DNA from: a virus
Taxonomy: Duplodnaviria > Caudoviricetes
Virus record (IMG/VR): IMGVR_UViG_3300005670_000019
Direction: 5' to 3' (one strand)
Length of the DNA: 64,000 nt
Made by a program: the position numbers and the translations under genes. The notes under the pieces are model-generated. The model did not search any database. It saw only the letters and a program-made list of their open reading frames with translations, and was not told where the DNA came from. Shown here piece by piece: positions 56,680 to 64,000 of the stretch (its first letter is position 1; each line of letters starts with the position of its first letter).

Positions 56680-58210
56680 GATTATATCCAGCTTTTTTCA
56701 GAACGTTCAATACTGCTTCCATATTTTTTGGATTTGAAAGTTGTTGAGCGATTTTCTTTTCTACGTCACTAAGTGAACCATCTTTTGAAATAGACTTTGC
56801 CTTAGTTGCAACTCCTTTAGCATCATTTGGAGACTTTGTTCCTGCTCCTGTTGCCTGAGTTGCCTCGGTTCCTTGAGTTGGAATGTTCGAGGTTGTTGTA
56901 TTTGAAGTTTGGGGTTCTTTTGGATTTTGAGTAAAAGAAGTTAGGTCTGGAAGTTTCGTTGCAAGAACACCATCAAGAACCGCAAAAGCTTTGGCTTTTT
57001 CTTCTGGTGTTTTGCTTTGTTGTTGAATGTTTGTGATTGTTTGCATCAAATCCGTTACGATTCGATTTGGTTCCAGTCCAGCAAAAGGCTTTACCTTGAA
57101 GAGATTTGTGATTTTATTCAAGAAGTTTCCAGAGATTGCCTTGTTCAAAAGAGCCTGGATTTGTCCAAGTTCTGCTGAGGAAAGTTCTCCGTCTTCAAAA
57201 AGAGGTTTGATTTGCTCCCAAGAGTTTTGAATTTGTTTGAAGGTGTTATAGAAAAGTTCGAGTTGTTTGATTTTGATAGAAAGGTCGTCTTTGTCAACCA
57301 AAGAAGCCAATGCTTGCCCAATTCCACCTTCTTGAGCAAGTCCTCTTCTAATGCTAGAAATCAAGTTGTTTAGAGACTTTGAGACATTTGGAAAAAGTGT
57401 TTTGTTCTTTCCAAGAAGTTCGTTGATTTTGGAAGTTAGTTCGATTACTTTGTTTAGTTTTTGAGGATTGAGTGCCTCGGTCAAAAGTTCTTCATTTACT
57501 TTTTTTTTTACACCTTCACCAATTTGAAGTTCTGCTTTCTTTGGTTCAAGTTTTATATTTTGTTCTCCAACAACTCCGTCAACTTCATCTTGAGTAACAA
57601 CCATTGGGGTTTTCTGTACGCCACTAAGTTGCATCAAATCACTGTAAGAAAGAGCAAGAAGGTTAGAAGCAATTACTTTCGCATCAACCATTGGCAACTT
57701 CCCTTTCTTGTAAATTCTCTTGTACATGGTCATTTCATCTTTTGATGGACGAAGAGAGTTTTCAAAAGCGGCGAGAACTGATTTGGTATCGAAAGTTCCT
57801 GAGAGTGAATCAAGACGAACAGTCGGATTTTCTTTTGCGTCACGAAACATGTGCATCTTTAGAAGAACAGGCAAGTCTTGAGAGAAGAAAGAAGAAAGTA
57901 GATTGTAAAGAACAGACAACTCTTTCAAAAGATCAGAAGCTCTTGTGTCTGATGCTTTTCCTGTAACAACAAGTTGCAATCCGGTCTGTGCCTGATCAAG
58001 AATATCTCGAATGGCAGGAAGCCTATCAGAAAACTCTCCAAACTTCTCTTCAAACTTTGTGATTGATTGGATCAGGCGATTGACGTCTTTCCTGTTCAGT
58101 TTTTCGTTGATGAGGATGAAATTTTCTTCAACCCATGAAATTGCAGCCTCGCTAACAATTTCATTCTTCTTTTCTTTATACTGTTTATATTCTTTTCTTA
58201 GGGATGACAT
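56666..58210 (-). CDS. Hypothetical helical protein (514 aa), possibly head-associated/internal
   Basis: GAGGA RBS; ATATTTAG motif upstream; no recognised domain. Confidence 0.6.
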   Translation of the reverse strand: MSSLRKEYKQYKEKKNEIVSEAAISWVEENFILINEKLNRKDVNRLIQSITKFEEKFGEFSDRLPAIRDILDQAQTGLQLVVTGKASDTRASDLLKELSVLYNLLSSFFSQDLPVLLKMHMFRDAKENPTVRLDSLSGTFDTKSVLAAFENSLRPSKDEMTMYKRIYKKGKLPMVDAKVIASNLLALSYSDLMQLSGVQKTPMVVTQDEVDGVVGEQNIKLEPKKAELQIGEGVKKKVNEELLTEALNPQKLNKVIELTSKINELLGKNKTLFPNVSKSLNNLISSIRRGLAQEGGIGQALASLVDKDDLSIKIKQLELFYNTFKQIQNSWEQIKPLFEDGELSSAELGQIQALLNKAISGNFLNKITNLFKVKPFAGLEPNRIVTDLMQTITNIQQQSKTPEEKAKAFAVLDGVLATKLPDLTSFTQNPKEPQTSNTTTSNIPTQGTEATQATGAGTKSPNDAKGVATKAKSISKDGSLSDVEKKIAQQLSNPKNMEAVLNVLKKAGYNLTQS

Positions 58211-58251
58211 TCTTTGTTCCTCTTGAAGTAAGGATAATTAGGCACCTAAAT

Positions 58252-58929
58252 ATGTTCATCAAAAAAACAGGGTCAATTTCTATCGACGTTCTATCTTCGG
58301 ATGAAAAAGAAGATGAGAACAAAATAGAAATCAAGAAAACTGAAAATCCTTCGCGAAAGGTTGAAAAATACTACCTTCCTGTGTTACACCTAAACAGGAC
58401 CGAGGAATGGCAACCCGTTCCAAATAGCGAACGAAAACACTTCACAGATGAAGTGGCAATGGAAACATGTCTTTCAAAATGCTGCGGACATGAAGGACTA
58501 AAATCAGCTTGTTGCACACTTGACCCTGATGACCTCGAACACATTCTTGGTCCTTTAGATGAAAAGTGGATCAAGAAAACAATTTCCTGGCTTAGAAAAA
58601 AAGGAATTAATGTAACAAGGCATGATATAGTTATCGATTATGAAGAAGGAAAGTTGATTGGAGTAAATCACTTCAATGGACATAAAATCTTCGAACAAAA
58701 AACATCATACCCAATGATGCGCATCCAAGTCTTCGGACCAAGATGGGCATGTAAGTTTTTGAATGTAAATTCAGGTATGTGTACGATCTATGACAAAAGA
58801 CCTGATATGTGTCGCGACTACCTGTGTCAGTACGTGAAATCTAACTTCTTAGTTAGAACGAAAACGAAACCAAACACATATCAAAATGTAAGAAGGAAAG
58901 AAAAGCCTGATTTAGAAAGTGAAGAGTAG
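58252..58929 (+). CDS. YkgJ-family (CxxxCC...C..C..RP..C) cysteine-cluster protein
   Basis: CLSKCCG..SACC, CKFL...GMCTIYDKRPDMCRDYLC. Confidence 0.8.
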   Translation: MFIKKTGSISIDVLSSDEKEDENKIEIKKTENPSRKVEKYYLPVLHLNRTEEWQPVPNSERKHFTDEVAMETCLSKCCGHEGLKSACCTLDPDDLEHILGPLDEKWIKKTISWLRKKGINVTRHDIVIDYEEGKLIGVNHFNGHKIFEQKTSYPMMRIQVFGPRWACKFLNVNSGMCTIYDKRPDMCRDYLCQYVKSNFLVRTKTKPNTYQNVRRKEKPDLESEE

Positions 58930-58932
58930 AAT

Positions 58933-59451
58933 ATGGAAACGAGAGTTTGGAAAATGCCGGACGTCGGCAAGGTGACTGAAGAAGAGATGCTCAACAAAAT
59001 TCAGAGTGCCAAGATGCACAATGATAACATGATTGTTTTTGTTGGCACAGACAGTCAGACACAAGGTCGTTTCTATAACTTCATCACAGTTGTAGGACTT
59101 TACACTCCCGGAAAGGGAGGAACTTACTTCTTTACGGGAGAAATAGAAGAACGCCGCAAAATGAAGGGAGCTCAAAAGCTTCGTATGTTTGATGAAGCAA
59201 CGAAGTCCATTGCAGTTGCAACACTTCTTTTTGAAAAGTTGGACATTCTTCCAGAAGTTCATCTTGACGTCTCTCCTGCCCACAAGAAAGAATTTACATC
59301 TTCTTTGGCTGATCAGCTTTATGGATATGTACTTTCTTCGGGTTTTGAACCTAAGCTAAAGCCTGATAGCTGGGCTGCATCTGCAATCGCTGACAGACAT
59401 GCCCGTCGTAAAGGAAAGATTGTATGGATAGACAAAAACTTGACACCATGA
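58933..59451 (+). CDS. RNase H-like YkuK (DUF458) family protein
   Basis: VFVGTDSQ, GKGG, RMFDEATKS, EVHLDV, KPDSWAASAIADR. Confidence 0.88.
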   Translation: METRVWKMPDVGKVTEEEMLNKIQSAKMHNDNMIVFVGTDSQTQGRFYNFITVVGLYTPGKGGTYFFTGEIEERRKMKGAQKLRMFDEATKSIAVATLLFEKLDILPEVHLDVSPAHKKEFTSSLADQLYGYVLSSGFEPKLKPDSWAASAIADRHARRKGKIVWIDKNLTP

Positions 59452-59720
59452 TTGAAAAAGAAGTTCGAAAACTTCTCAAGGAAAGCGTTGAATGGTCAGT
59501 AGACAACGTTGTTCTTTCATGTCGCAAAAGAGGTGTTCCTGTTGAGGGAGCAGATTTAGCACGAGTGCTTGACCTTTTTCGTGATGCAATGAATCACGCG
59601 TTCTTGACGAGAGTTGACGGATTTCAAAAAGGTGTCTCGGTTCATCTAGATGAATATCTAGCGGAGCAAACAAAGACAAGTCGAAAAAAAGTGGGAAACG
59701 CCACGCAACCTGGCGAGTGA
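59448..59720 (+). CDS. Hypothetical protein (90 aa)
   Basis: ATGA overlap with the YkuK stop. Confidence 0.65.
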   Translation: MIEKEVRKLLKESVEWSVDNVVLSCRKRGVPVEGADLARVLDLFRDAMNHAFLTRVDGFQKGVSVHLDEYLAEQTKTSRKKVGNATQPGE

Positions 59721-59839
59721 CCGAAAAGACTGTCAAGTCAGATGATAGGGGAATAAAAAAGAGAGTGCTCTTAGCTCTTTTTGTTATTGCCCTATTGGCA
59801 ATTTGTCTTTTGTTTTTCTTTGGAGGTTTGCATGTCTAA
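59717..59839 (+). CDS. Small single-pass membrane protein (40 aa, MTEKTVKSDDRGIKKRVLLALFVIALLAICLLFFFGGLHV)
   Basis: Below track cutoff. GTGA overlap with the previous stop; basic residues then a ~19-aa hydrophobic helix. Confidence 0.6.
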   Translation: MTEKTVKSDDRGIKKRVLLALFVIALLAICLLFFFGGLHV

Positions 59840-60332
59840 TGAAAGAACCTATGTAAAGCATCTTGTTGAATGCAACTGTATTCTCCAAATATTCAAAGGA
59901 ATGGAAAATCCTCCATTTCACAAGTTCCCCGTTTTCTCAGAACTTGAAGGTCAACAACAGAAGTTCATTTCTCATTTTGCTGTTTGTCCAAACTGTAATG
60001 CCGTTCACAAAGTTTTTGAAGTGAACCGCTCCAAAGTTCAAAGAAAAGAAACGGTCGCGGCTCTAAAAACCAAAGAAGAAATTGCAAGCAACTTGCCAGA
60101 TAAATTGGCTTCCATTCTAGAAAAGAATGAATGCGACATAACAGTCTTTCAAGAAGCAGAATTCATTCTCCAGCATCAACTTTGGGGAAAGCCGATTGTT
60201 CTCACAAAAGAGAGACAAGACGATGAGCTTGTTGGAAAATGTTTGACGATTTTGGGAGAAACCATTTTCAAGGTTGACAGCTTCTCATATACAGAGTTTG
60301 TTGCCTTGAATGATGAAGAAGAAGAAAGTTGA
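59832..60332 (+). CDS. Zn-binding hypothetical protein (166 aa)
   Basis: GGAGG RBS; ECNC and CPNC motifs. Confidence 0.7.
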   Translation: MSNERTYVKHLVECNCILQIFKGMENPPFHKFPVFSELEGQQQKFISHFAVCPNCNAVHKVFEVNRSKVQRKETVAALKTKEEIASNLPDKLASILEKNECDITVFQEAEFILQHQLWGKPIVLTKERQDDELVGKCLTILGETIFKVDSFSYTEFVALNDEEEES

Positions 60333-60333
60333 T

Positions 60334-60861
60334 ATGTCCTTATTCATTGTTGATGTAGAGAGTGATGGTCCTTGTCCTGGTTTATATTCCATGATTTCAT
60401 TTGGTGCTGTCATGGTATCAAAAGATAGAAACTGGAAAACTTTTCATGGAAAGGTTGCACCTCTTCCAAACGCCAATAGGATTGAAGAAGCGGCAAATGT
60501 ATCAGGGGTGTCAAGGGAAGAACATGAAACATACATCTCTCCACCGATTGTCATGCAAGAGTTTGCTAAATGGATTCAATCTGTGAATATGGGTGGAAAG
60601 CCAACATTCGTTTCAGACAATCCTGCTTTTGATTGGCAGTTTGTCAACTATTACTTTCATTTGTCCGGGATAGAAAATCCATTCGGATTCTCTGCTCGCA
60701 GGATTGGTGACATTTATGCGGGCGCTGTGAAAGATTTGAAAGCTTCTTCAAACTGGAAGAAGCTTCGAAAGACTGTACATGACCACAATCCGGTAAATGA
60801 TGCGATTGGAAACGCAGAAGCCTTGCTTGAATTCTGCAAGGCGCTTGACATCAAACTTTGA
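60334..60861 (+). CDS. DEDDh 3'-5' exonuclease
   Basis: VDVESDGP, DNPAFDW, HDHNPVNDA. Confidence 0.88.
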   Translation: MSLFIVDVESDGPCPGLYSMISFGAVMVSKDRNWKTFHGKVAPLPNANRIEEAANVSGVSREEHETYISPPIVMQEFAKWIQSVNMGGKPTFVSDNPAFDWQFVNYYFHLSGIENPFGFSARRIGDIYAGAVKDLKASSNWKKLRKTVHDHNPVNDAIGNAEALLEFCKALDIKL

Positions 60862-60871
60862 GGAGAATGAA

Positions 60872-61249
60872 GTGACAAACAGCAAAAAAATAGATCCATT
60901 CAACACAGACTTCTTGACAGATAAATCAAAGAGCGATGAATCGGATAAGGAAAGCTACATCATCCCAAATATTGAGACAAAGCTTCCGAAGAGGAAGAGG
61001 GATGAATGTCGAGAGATCGTGAAAGAAATCAAAGAGTTTGGTGTAAGTCAAAGGCAACTCTTATACACAATCTACCTTCTCTCTCTAGAGTTAGAGAATA
61101 TCGAAGCAATGAGAAACATTGCGAAAGTAGTCGGAGAGGTGAGGGAGACAATTCCGGTAAACTCTCTTCATTTAGAAGACAAGTCAGAAGGAAAGAAAGT
61201 TGAAGATAAGGAAGTTGTTTCATCTTCAAAAAAGAAACTGATTATCTGA
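60872..61249 (+). CDS. Hypothetical protein (~125 aa)
   Basis: GAGGAG RBS before GTG 60872. Confidence 0.65.
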   Translation: MTNSKKIDPFNTDFLTDKSKSDESDKESYIIPNIETKLPKRKRDECREIVKEIKEFGVSQRQLLYTIYLLSLELENIEAMRNIAKVVGEVRETIPVNSLHLEDKSEGKKVEDKEVVSSSKKKLII

Positions 61250-61271
61250 GTCGTTTTCACACAAAAAGAAC

Positions 61272-61295
61272 AAGGCAGCCGTTTGGCTGCCTTTT
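61272..61295 (+). terminator. Rho-independent terminator, probably bidirectional
   Basis: AAGGCAGCC-GTTT-GGCTGCCTT perfect stem then TT; A-rich on the 5' side; lies between convergent operons. Confidence 0.8.
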
Positions 61296-61331
61296 ATATT
61301 TGAACTTCGAGGACAAGAAGAAAAAAGAGAT

Positions 61332-61589
61332 TCATCCAAGTCCAATCAAGACAACCTCTTGTCCGTCAGGAAGAATCCAATCATATTGTCCATACAAAGA
61401 CCGTTCACCTTGTCGAGCAATCCTATAAAGACGACCGTGCTCGACCTTGTCAATTTTTGTGGAGACAATATCTCCACCTTCATTCACCTTATGCAGGAAG
61501 TAAAACATAAGCTCACGGAAAATACCGTTTTCAACCATTCGGAATGTTCTTTCAATTCCGGGACGCCAACGAACTTCATTATTGGTCAT
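61332..61589 (-). CDS. Hypothetical protein (85 aa)
   Basis: ATGA-coupled to the amidase. Confidence 0.6.
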   Translation of the reverse strand: MTNNEVRWRPGIERTFRMVENGIFRELMFYFLHKVNEGGDIVSTKIDKVEHGRLYRIARQGERSLYGQYDWILPDGQEVVLIGLG

Positions 61590-62401
61590 ACCTTCACTCC
61601 TTTGAAACCAAGATTATTTTTGCAGCTTTCGACACATTGAAGTGCTGCATCAATTTTTTGTGTGTCAAACATATGGATATGCTCAATCACACCAGAGAAA
61701 CTTTCCATTTGCTTTCTTGTCATCTTCTTTGACAAAAGAAGCCCATTTGTTGCCAAAGGCACCTGGCGAGGAATACGAATTCCGGTTTCATCAAGCTTGA
61801 ATGCAATATCAAGTTCTTCTCGGGTCAGAGCATTCTCAGGTGTTAGTGTGAGAAGATTTGCGAGTCTGTTCCATGCTTTTATTTGTCCGGGATAGAAGAG
61901 AACAATCTCTCTTGATCGACCATTCAATGTTTTCTTTGCTCTCGGACGACGACGAACATCCAACTTTCCAGGGACACCGGCAGAAACAATTTCGACACCG
62001 ATAGATCGAGAGTTGACAGCTCCAGAACCAACGTGAACATTTCCAGTTGTTCCAAGGTCAAGACATTGCCAAACGGCAGCTTCCTTTTCAGGGTCTTGGG
62101 GATCACAGGCACCAATCACAAAAGCAATCGAAACCTTTAGCTTTCGACCAATGAATTTTTCGCTCATGCGATTTTTCATTCCATAAACAACACGTGGTCC
62201 ATCATCTTCAACCGTGGCAAGCCCAGCTTCTCCTGCTGTCCAATGTCCGCAAAGAATGTCAATGTTCTTTGCGCGTTTGGTTGTTTGATAGTCTCCTTCG
62301 TCCCACCAACAAACATCTTTTCCGTAAGGCAACTGAAGTTCTTTACCGCTTCTTATCCACTCTGTGTGTTCTATTTCTTTTCCATTTATGATTAGAGACA
62401 T
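61586..62401 (-). CDS. N-acetylmuramoyl-L-alanine amidase (Amidase_2-like), candidate endolysin
   Basis: HWTAG, H.G...NSRSIGVEIV, GVIEH......KID Zn-amidase motifs. Confidence 0.78.
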   Translation of the reverse strand: MSLIINGKEIEHTEWIRSGKELQLPYGKDVCWWDEGDYQTTKRAKNIDILCGHWTAGEAGLATVEDDGPRVVYGMKNRMSEKFIGRKLKVSIAFVIGACDPQDPEKEAAVWQCLDLGTTGNVHVGSGAVNSRSIGVEIVSAGVPGKLDVRRRPRAKKTLNGRSREIVLFYPGQIKAWNRLANLLTLTPENALTREELDIAFKLDETGIRIPRQVPLATNGLLLSKKMTRKQMESFSGVIEHIHMFDTQKIDAALQCVESCKNNLGFKGVKV

Positions 62402-62404
62402 TCT

Positions 62405-62923
62405 TTATTTTACCTTTTCGAAATACTTGTAGAATATCTTACTTTGGGAATAAGGTATACCACGATCATTCGATTCCAAAAATATCCATGAACAAACCTT
62501 ACAGTTTTCTCCATCAATGTCAAAAAGAAGAAACTCAAACCAATAGTATGAAACAAAAGAAAATTGGGCAGCGTCATCATCTCTTTTATGTTCCGTTCCA
62601 AGCTCTTGAAACATTTCTTCAATTGATGTTTTCGATGTCTCCGGTACAGGTGAGTTATAGCCATGAAAATCAAATCCATGGTCCTCCAAGTTGACGCAAC
62701 GAAGAAAGACCATTCGATTGGTTTGGTATTGAAAGTTGTCCGTTCGAATGCCGTATCCGCCTTGTGGGTTTATGGTAGGAAGCACACATTCACCCGTCAG
62801 CGACTCGGGATCAATCCAGATTGTTTGAATATAGGATTTCTCATGGTCCTCCGCTCCAACCAAAATGTGTTGAAAGGTTTTATGCCATTCTTTTTTCCAT
62901 TGATAGAGTTCCCCTTCTTCCAT
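62405..62923 (-). CDS. Hypothetical protein (172 aa)
   Basis: AGGA RBS; in operon with the amidase. Confidence 0.6.
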   Translation of the reverse strand: MEEGELYQWKKEWHKTFQHILVGAEDHEKSYIQTIWIDPESLTGECVLPTINPQGGYGIRTDNFQYQTNRMVFLRCVNLEDHGFDFHGYNSPVPETSKTSIEEMFQELGTEHKRDDDAAQFSFVSYYWFEFLLFDIDGENCKVCSWIFLESNDRGIPYSQSKIFYKYFEKVK

Positions 62924-62959
62924 TTCACAATCCTACCTTTCCCCATCTTTTCAATCAAC

Positions 62960-63706
62960 TTATTTGTTTTCTTTTCCTTCTTCTTTCTTGTTTTCAAGGA
63001 GACGAAAGAGTTGGTGAAATGAAAGATAGGTCTTCATCCAAACCATTCGTTGAAGCTTTGGTTCATAAAGAAGATAGATGCCAAAGTTCTTTGGAGCATA
63101 ATAAGCCTTTTGACCAATAGAGAAGTAAGCATAATCAAGAAGAATGAGGGCATCCTCTTTCAGAGAAACTGTCTTCTCTTTCTCAATCAGTGTCTTGATT
63201 CCCAATGAACGCATAAAGTCTCCCTCATTTGGCTTGAACTCTTTTGTATGTCCAGAACTATCTGTGATCAATACAGCGAAAGTAGAGGGATCAGGGTCGT
63301 TGAAACCAGCAGATGAGGAAGAAACAGAGGTTGAACTTTCTCGATCAAGTTCAGCAAAAAAGGAACCTTTCGGTGCCGTAAAGACATCCGTTCTGTTGTT
63401 GCGCCCCGCTCCCGAAGATGCCCTTGTTGGAAATGGGATATTGTACTTCGGCGCTGAAAGAGAAACACTCTCTTCCACACTATAGAAGAAGACAATGTCC
63501 TCCCAGGATTTTACAAAATAGAGTGTCTTGAGAGAAAGATAGCCCTTTGTTCGAAGTTCATACAAAGAGCCAATGTCCATTTGATTTGAAGAAGGATTTG
63601 AAGAAGGATTTGAAGATGACATTGAGGAAACTGATGAGGTTGAGACAGTTGATGCATTTGCATTATATGCATCAAACACGTTACTTCCGCTCACCATCAT
63701 TGTCAT
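62960..63706 (-). CDS. Hypothetical protein (248 aa) with Ser-rich N-terminus
   Basis: ATATTTAG motif at 63741-63734 upstream; short 12-nt tandem repeat encoding SSNP. Confidence 0.6.
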   Translation of the reverse strand: MTMMVSGSNVFDAYNANASTVSTSSVSSMSSSNPSSNPSSNQMDIGSLYELRTKGYLSLKTLYFVKSWEDIVFFYSVEESVSLSAPKYNIPFPTRASSGAGRNNRTDVFTAPKGSFFAELDRESSTSVSSSSAGFNDPDPSTFAVLITDSSGHTKEFKPNEGDFMRSLGIKTLIEKEKTVSLKEDALILLDYAYFSIGQKAYYAPKNFGIYLLYEPKLQRMVWMKTYLSFHQLFRLLENKKEEGKENK

Positions 63707-63838
63707 TTCTTTATCTCACTTCATCATCAACATCTAAATATGAGCTAAAGTTCATGAGCCCTCGGCTCACATTCACCTTTCTTCATAGTATCAAAAGAAG
63801 TTCAAATAGAAGCTCAAATGGAACCTCTATGGATTTCC

Positions 63839-63927
63839 AAAATTTTTCCAAAAATTTTTTGGGAATTTTTTGTTTTTGTGTGTGTGGGGGTTGTCATTCC
63901 CAAAAATTTTTAGAAATTTTTGTTTTT
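63839..63927. repeat. Phased AAAATTTT tracts forming an imperfect ~29-bp direct repeat in non-coding DNA
   Basis: A/T junctions at about 63842, 63854, 63865, 63906 and 63916. CCAAAAATTTTT(T)..AATTTTT(T)GTTTTT occurs at 63848 and 63900. Confidence 0.6.
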
Positions 63928-64000
63928 ATCTATTGGGGTCAAGGCTCCTTCTTCAAAACCCCCCCCGTCGAAAAACACGTCCTAGACCCTCCCCAGGTCC

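Noticed and set aside
63583-63616. 12-nt tandem repeat (GATTTGAAGAAG)
   Set aside because: Under three copies, in frame, encoding a low-complexity SSNP linker; no sign of a functional array.
1-64000. Eukaryotic giant virus (NCLDV) or alternative genetic code
   Set aside because: SD sequences, sigma70 promoters, overlapping stop/start codons, contractile-tail baseplate genes and an amidase indicate a bacteriophage. Genes are intact with TAA, TAG and TGA all used as stops.

Overview
Fragment of a large, AT-rich tailed-phage (jumbo myovirus-like) genome read with the standard code. No tRNA, rRNA, CRISPR array or integrase was seen. Layout: (1) 1-8594, minus-strand probable virion genes. (2) 8660-13433, a plus-strand, visibly higher-GC island of small early-type genes. 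It has five near-identical sigma70-type promoters (two apparently leaderless), a structured intergenic RNA candidate, a cyclic-phosphate-processing receiver-like protein and a Cys-rich lipoprotein. (3) 13438-27904, baseplate/tail module (LamG proteins, gp6/J-like wedge, gp25-like, probable hub/spike). (4) 27960-29627, an ART-like orphan and a gp55-like late sigma factor. (5) 29634-47457, an ~18 kb sugar biosynthesis and glycosylation cluster (Gmd, Fcl, RmlB, DegT aminotransferase, GNAT, cupin, two methyltransferases, about ten GT or GT-like genes including a GT-D fold) with an embedded GMP reductase and a Cas4-like nuclease. (6) Prim-Pol with an internal promoter, Gly-rich tail-fibre-like genes, PIN-PhoH, a GroEL homologue lacking the ATP-binding motif, YkgJ, YkuK, a DEDDh exonuclease and an amidase. 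(7) A non-coding phased A-tract region at the right edge. Best novel-system candidate: a phage-encoded virion O-glycosylation system, pairing the GT cluster with an [ST]-[GAS]-S tripeptide enriched in the peripheral virion proteins. All family calls come from motif recognition by eye, not database searches.
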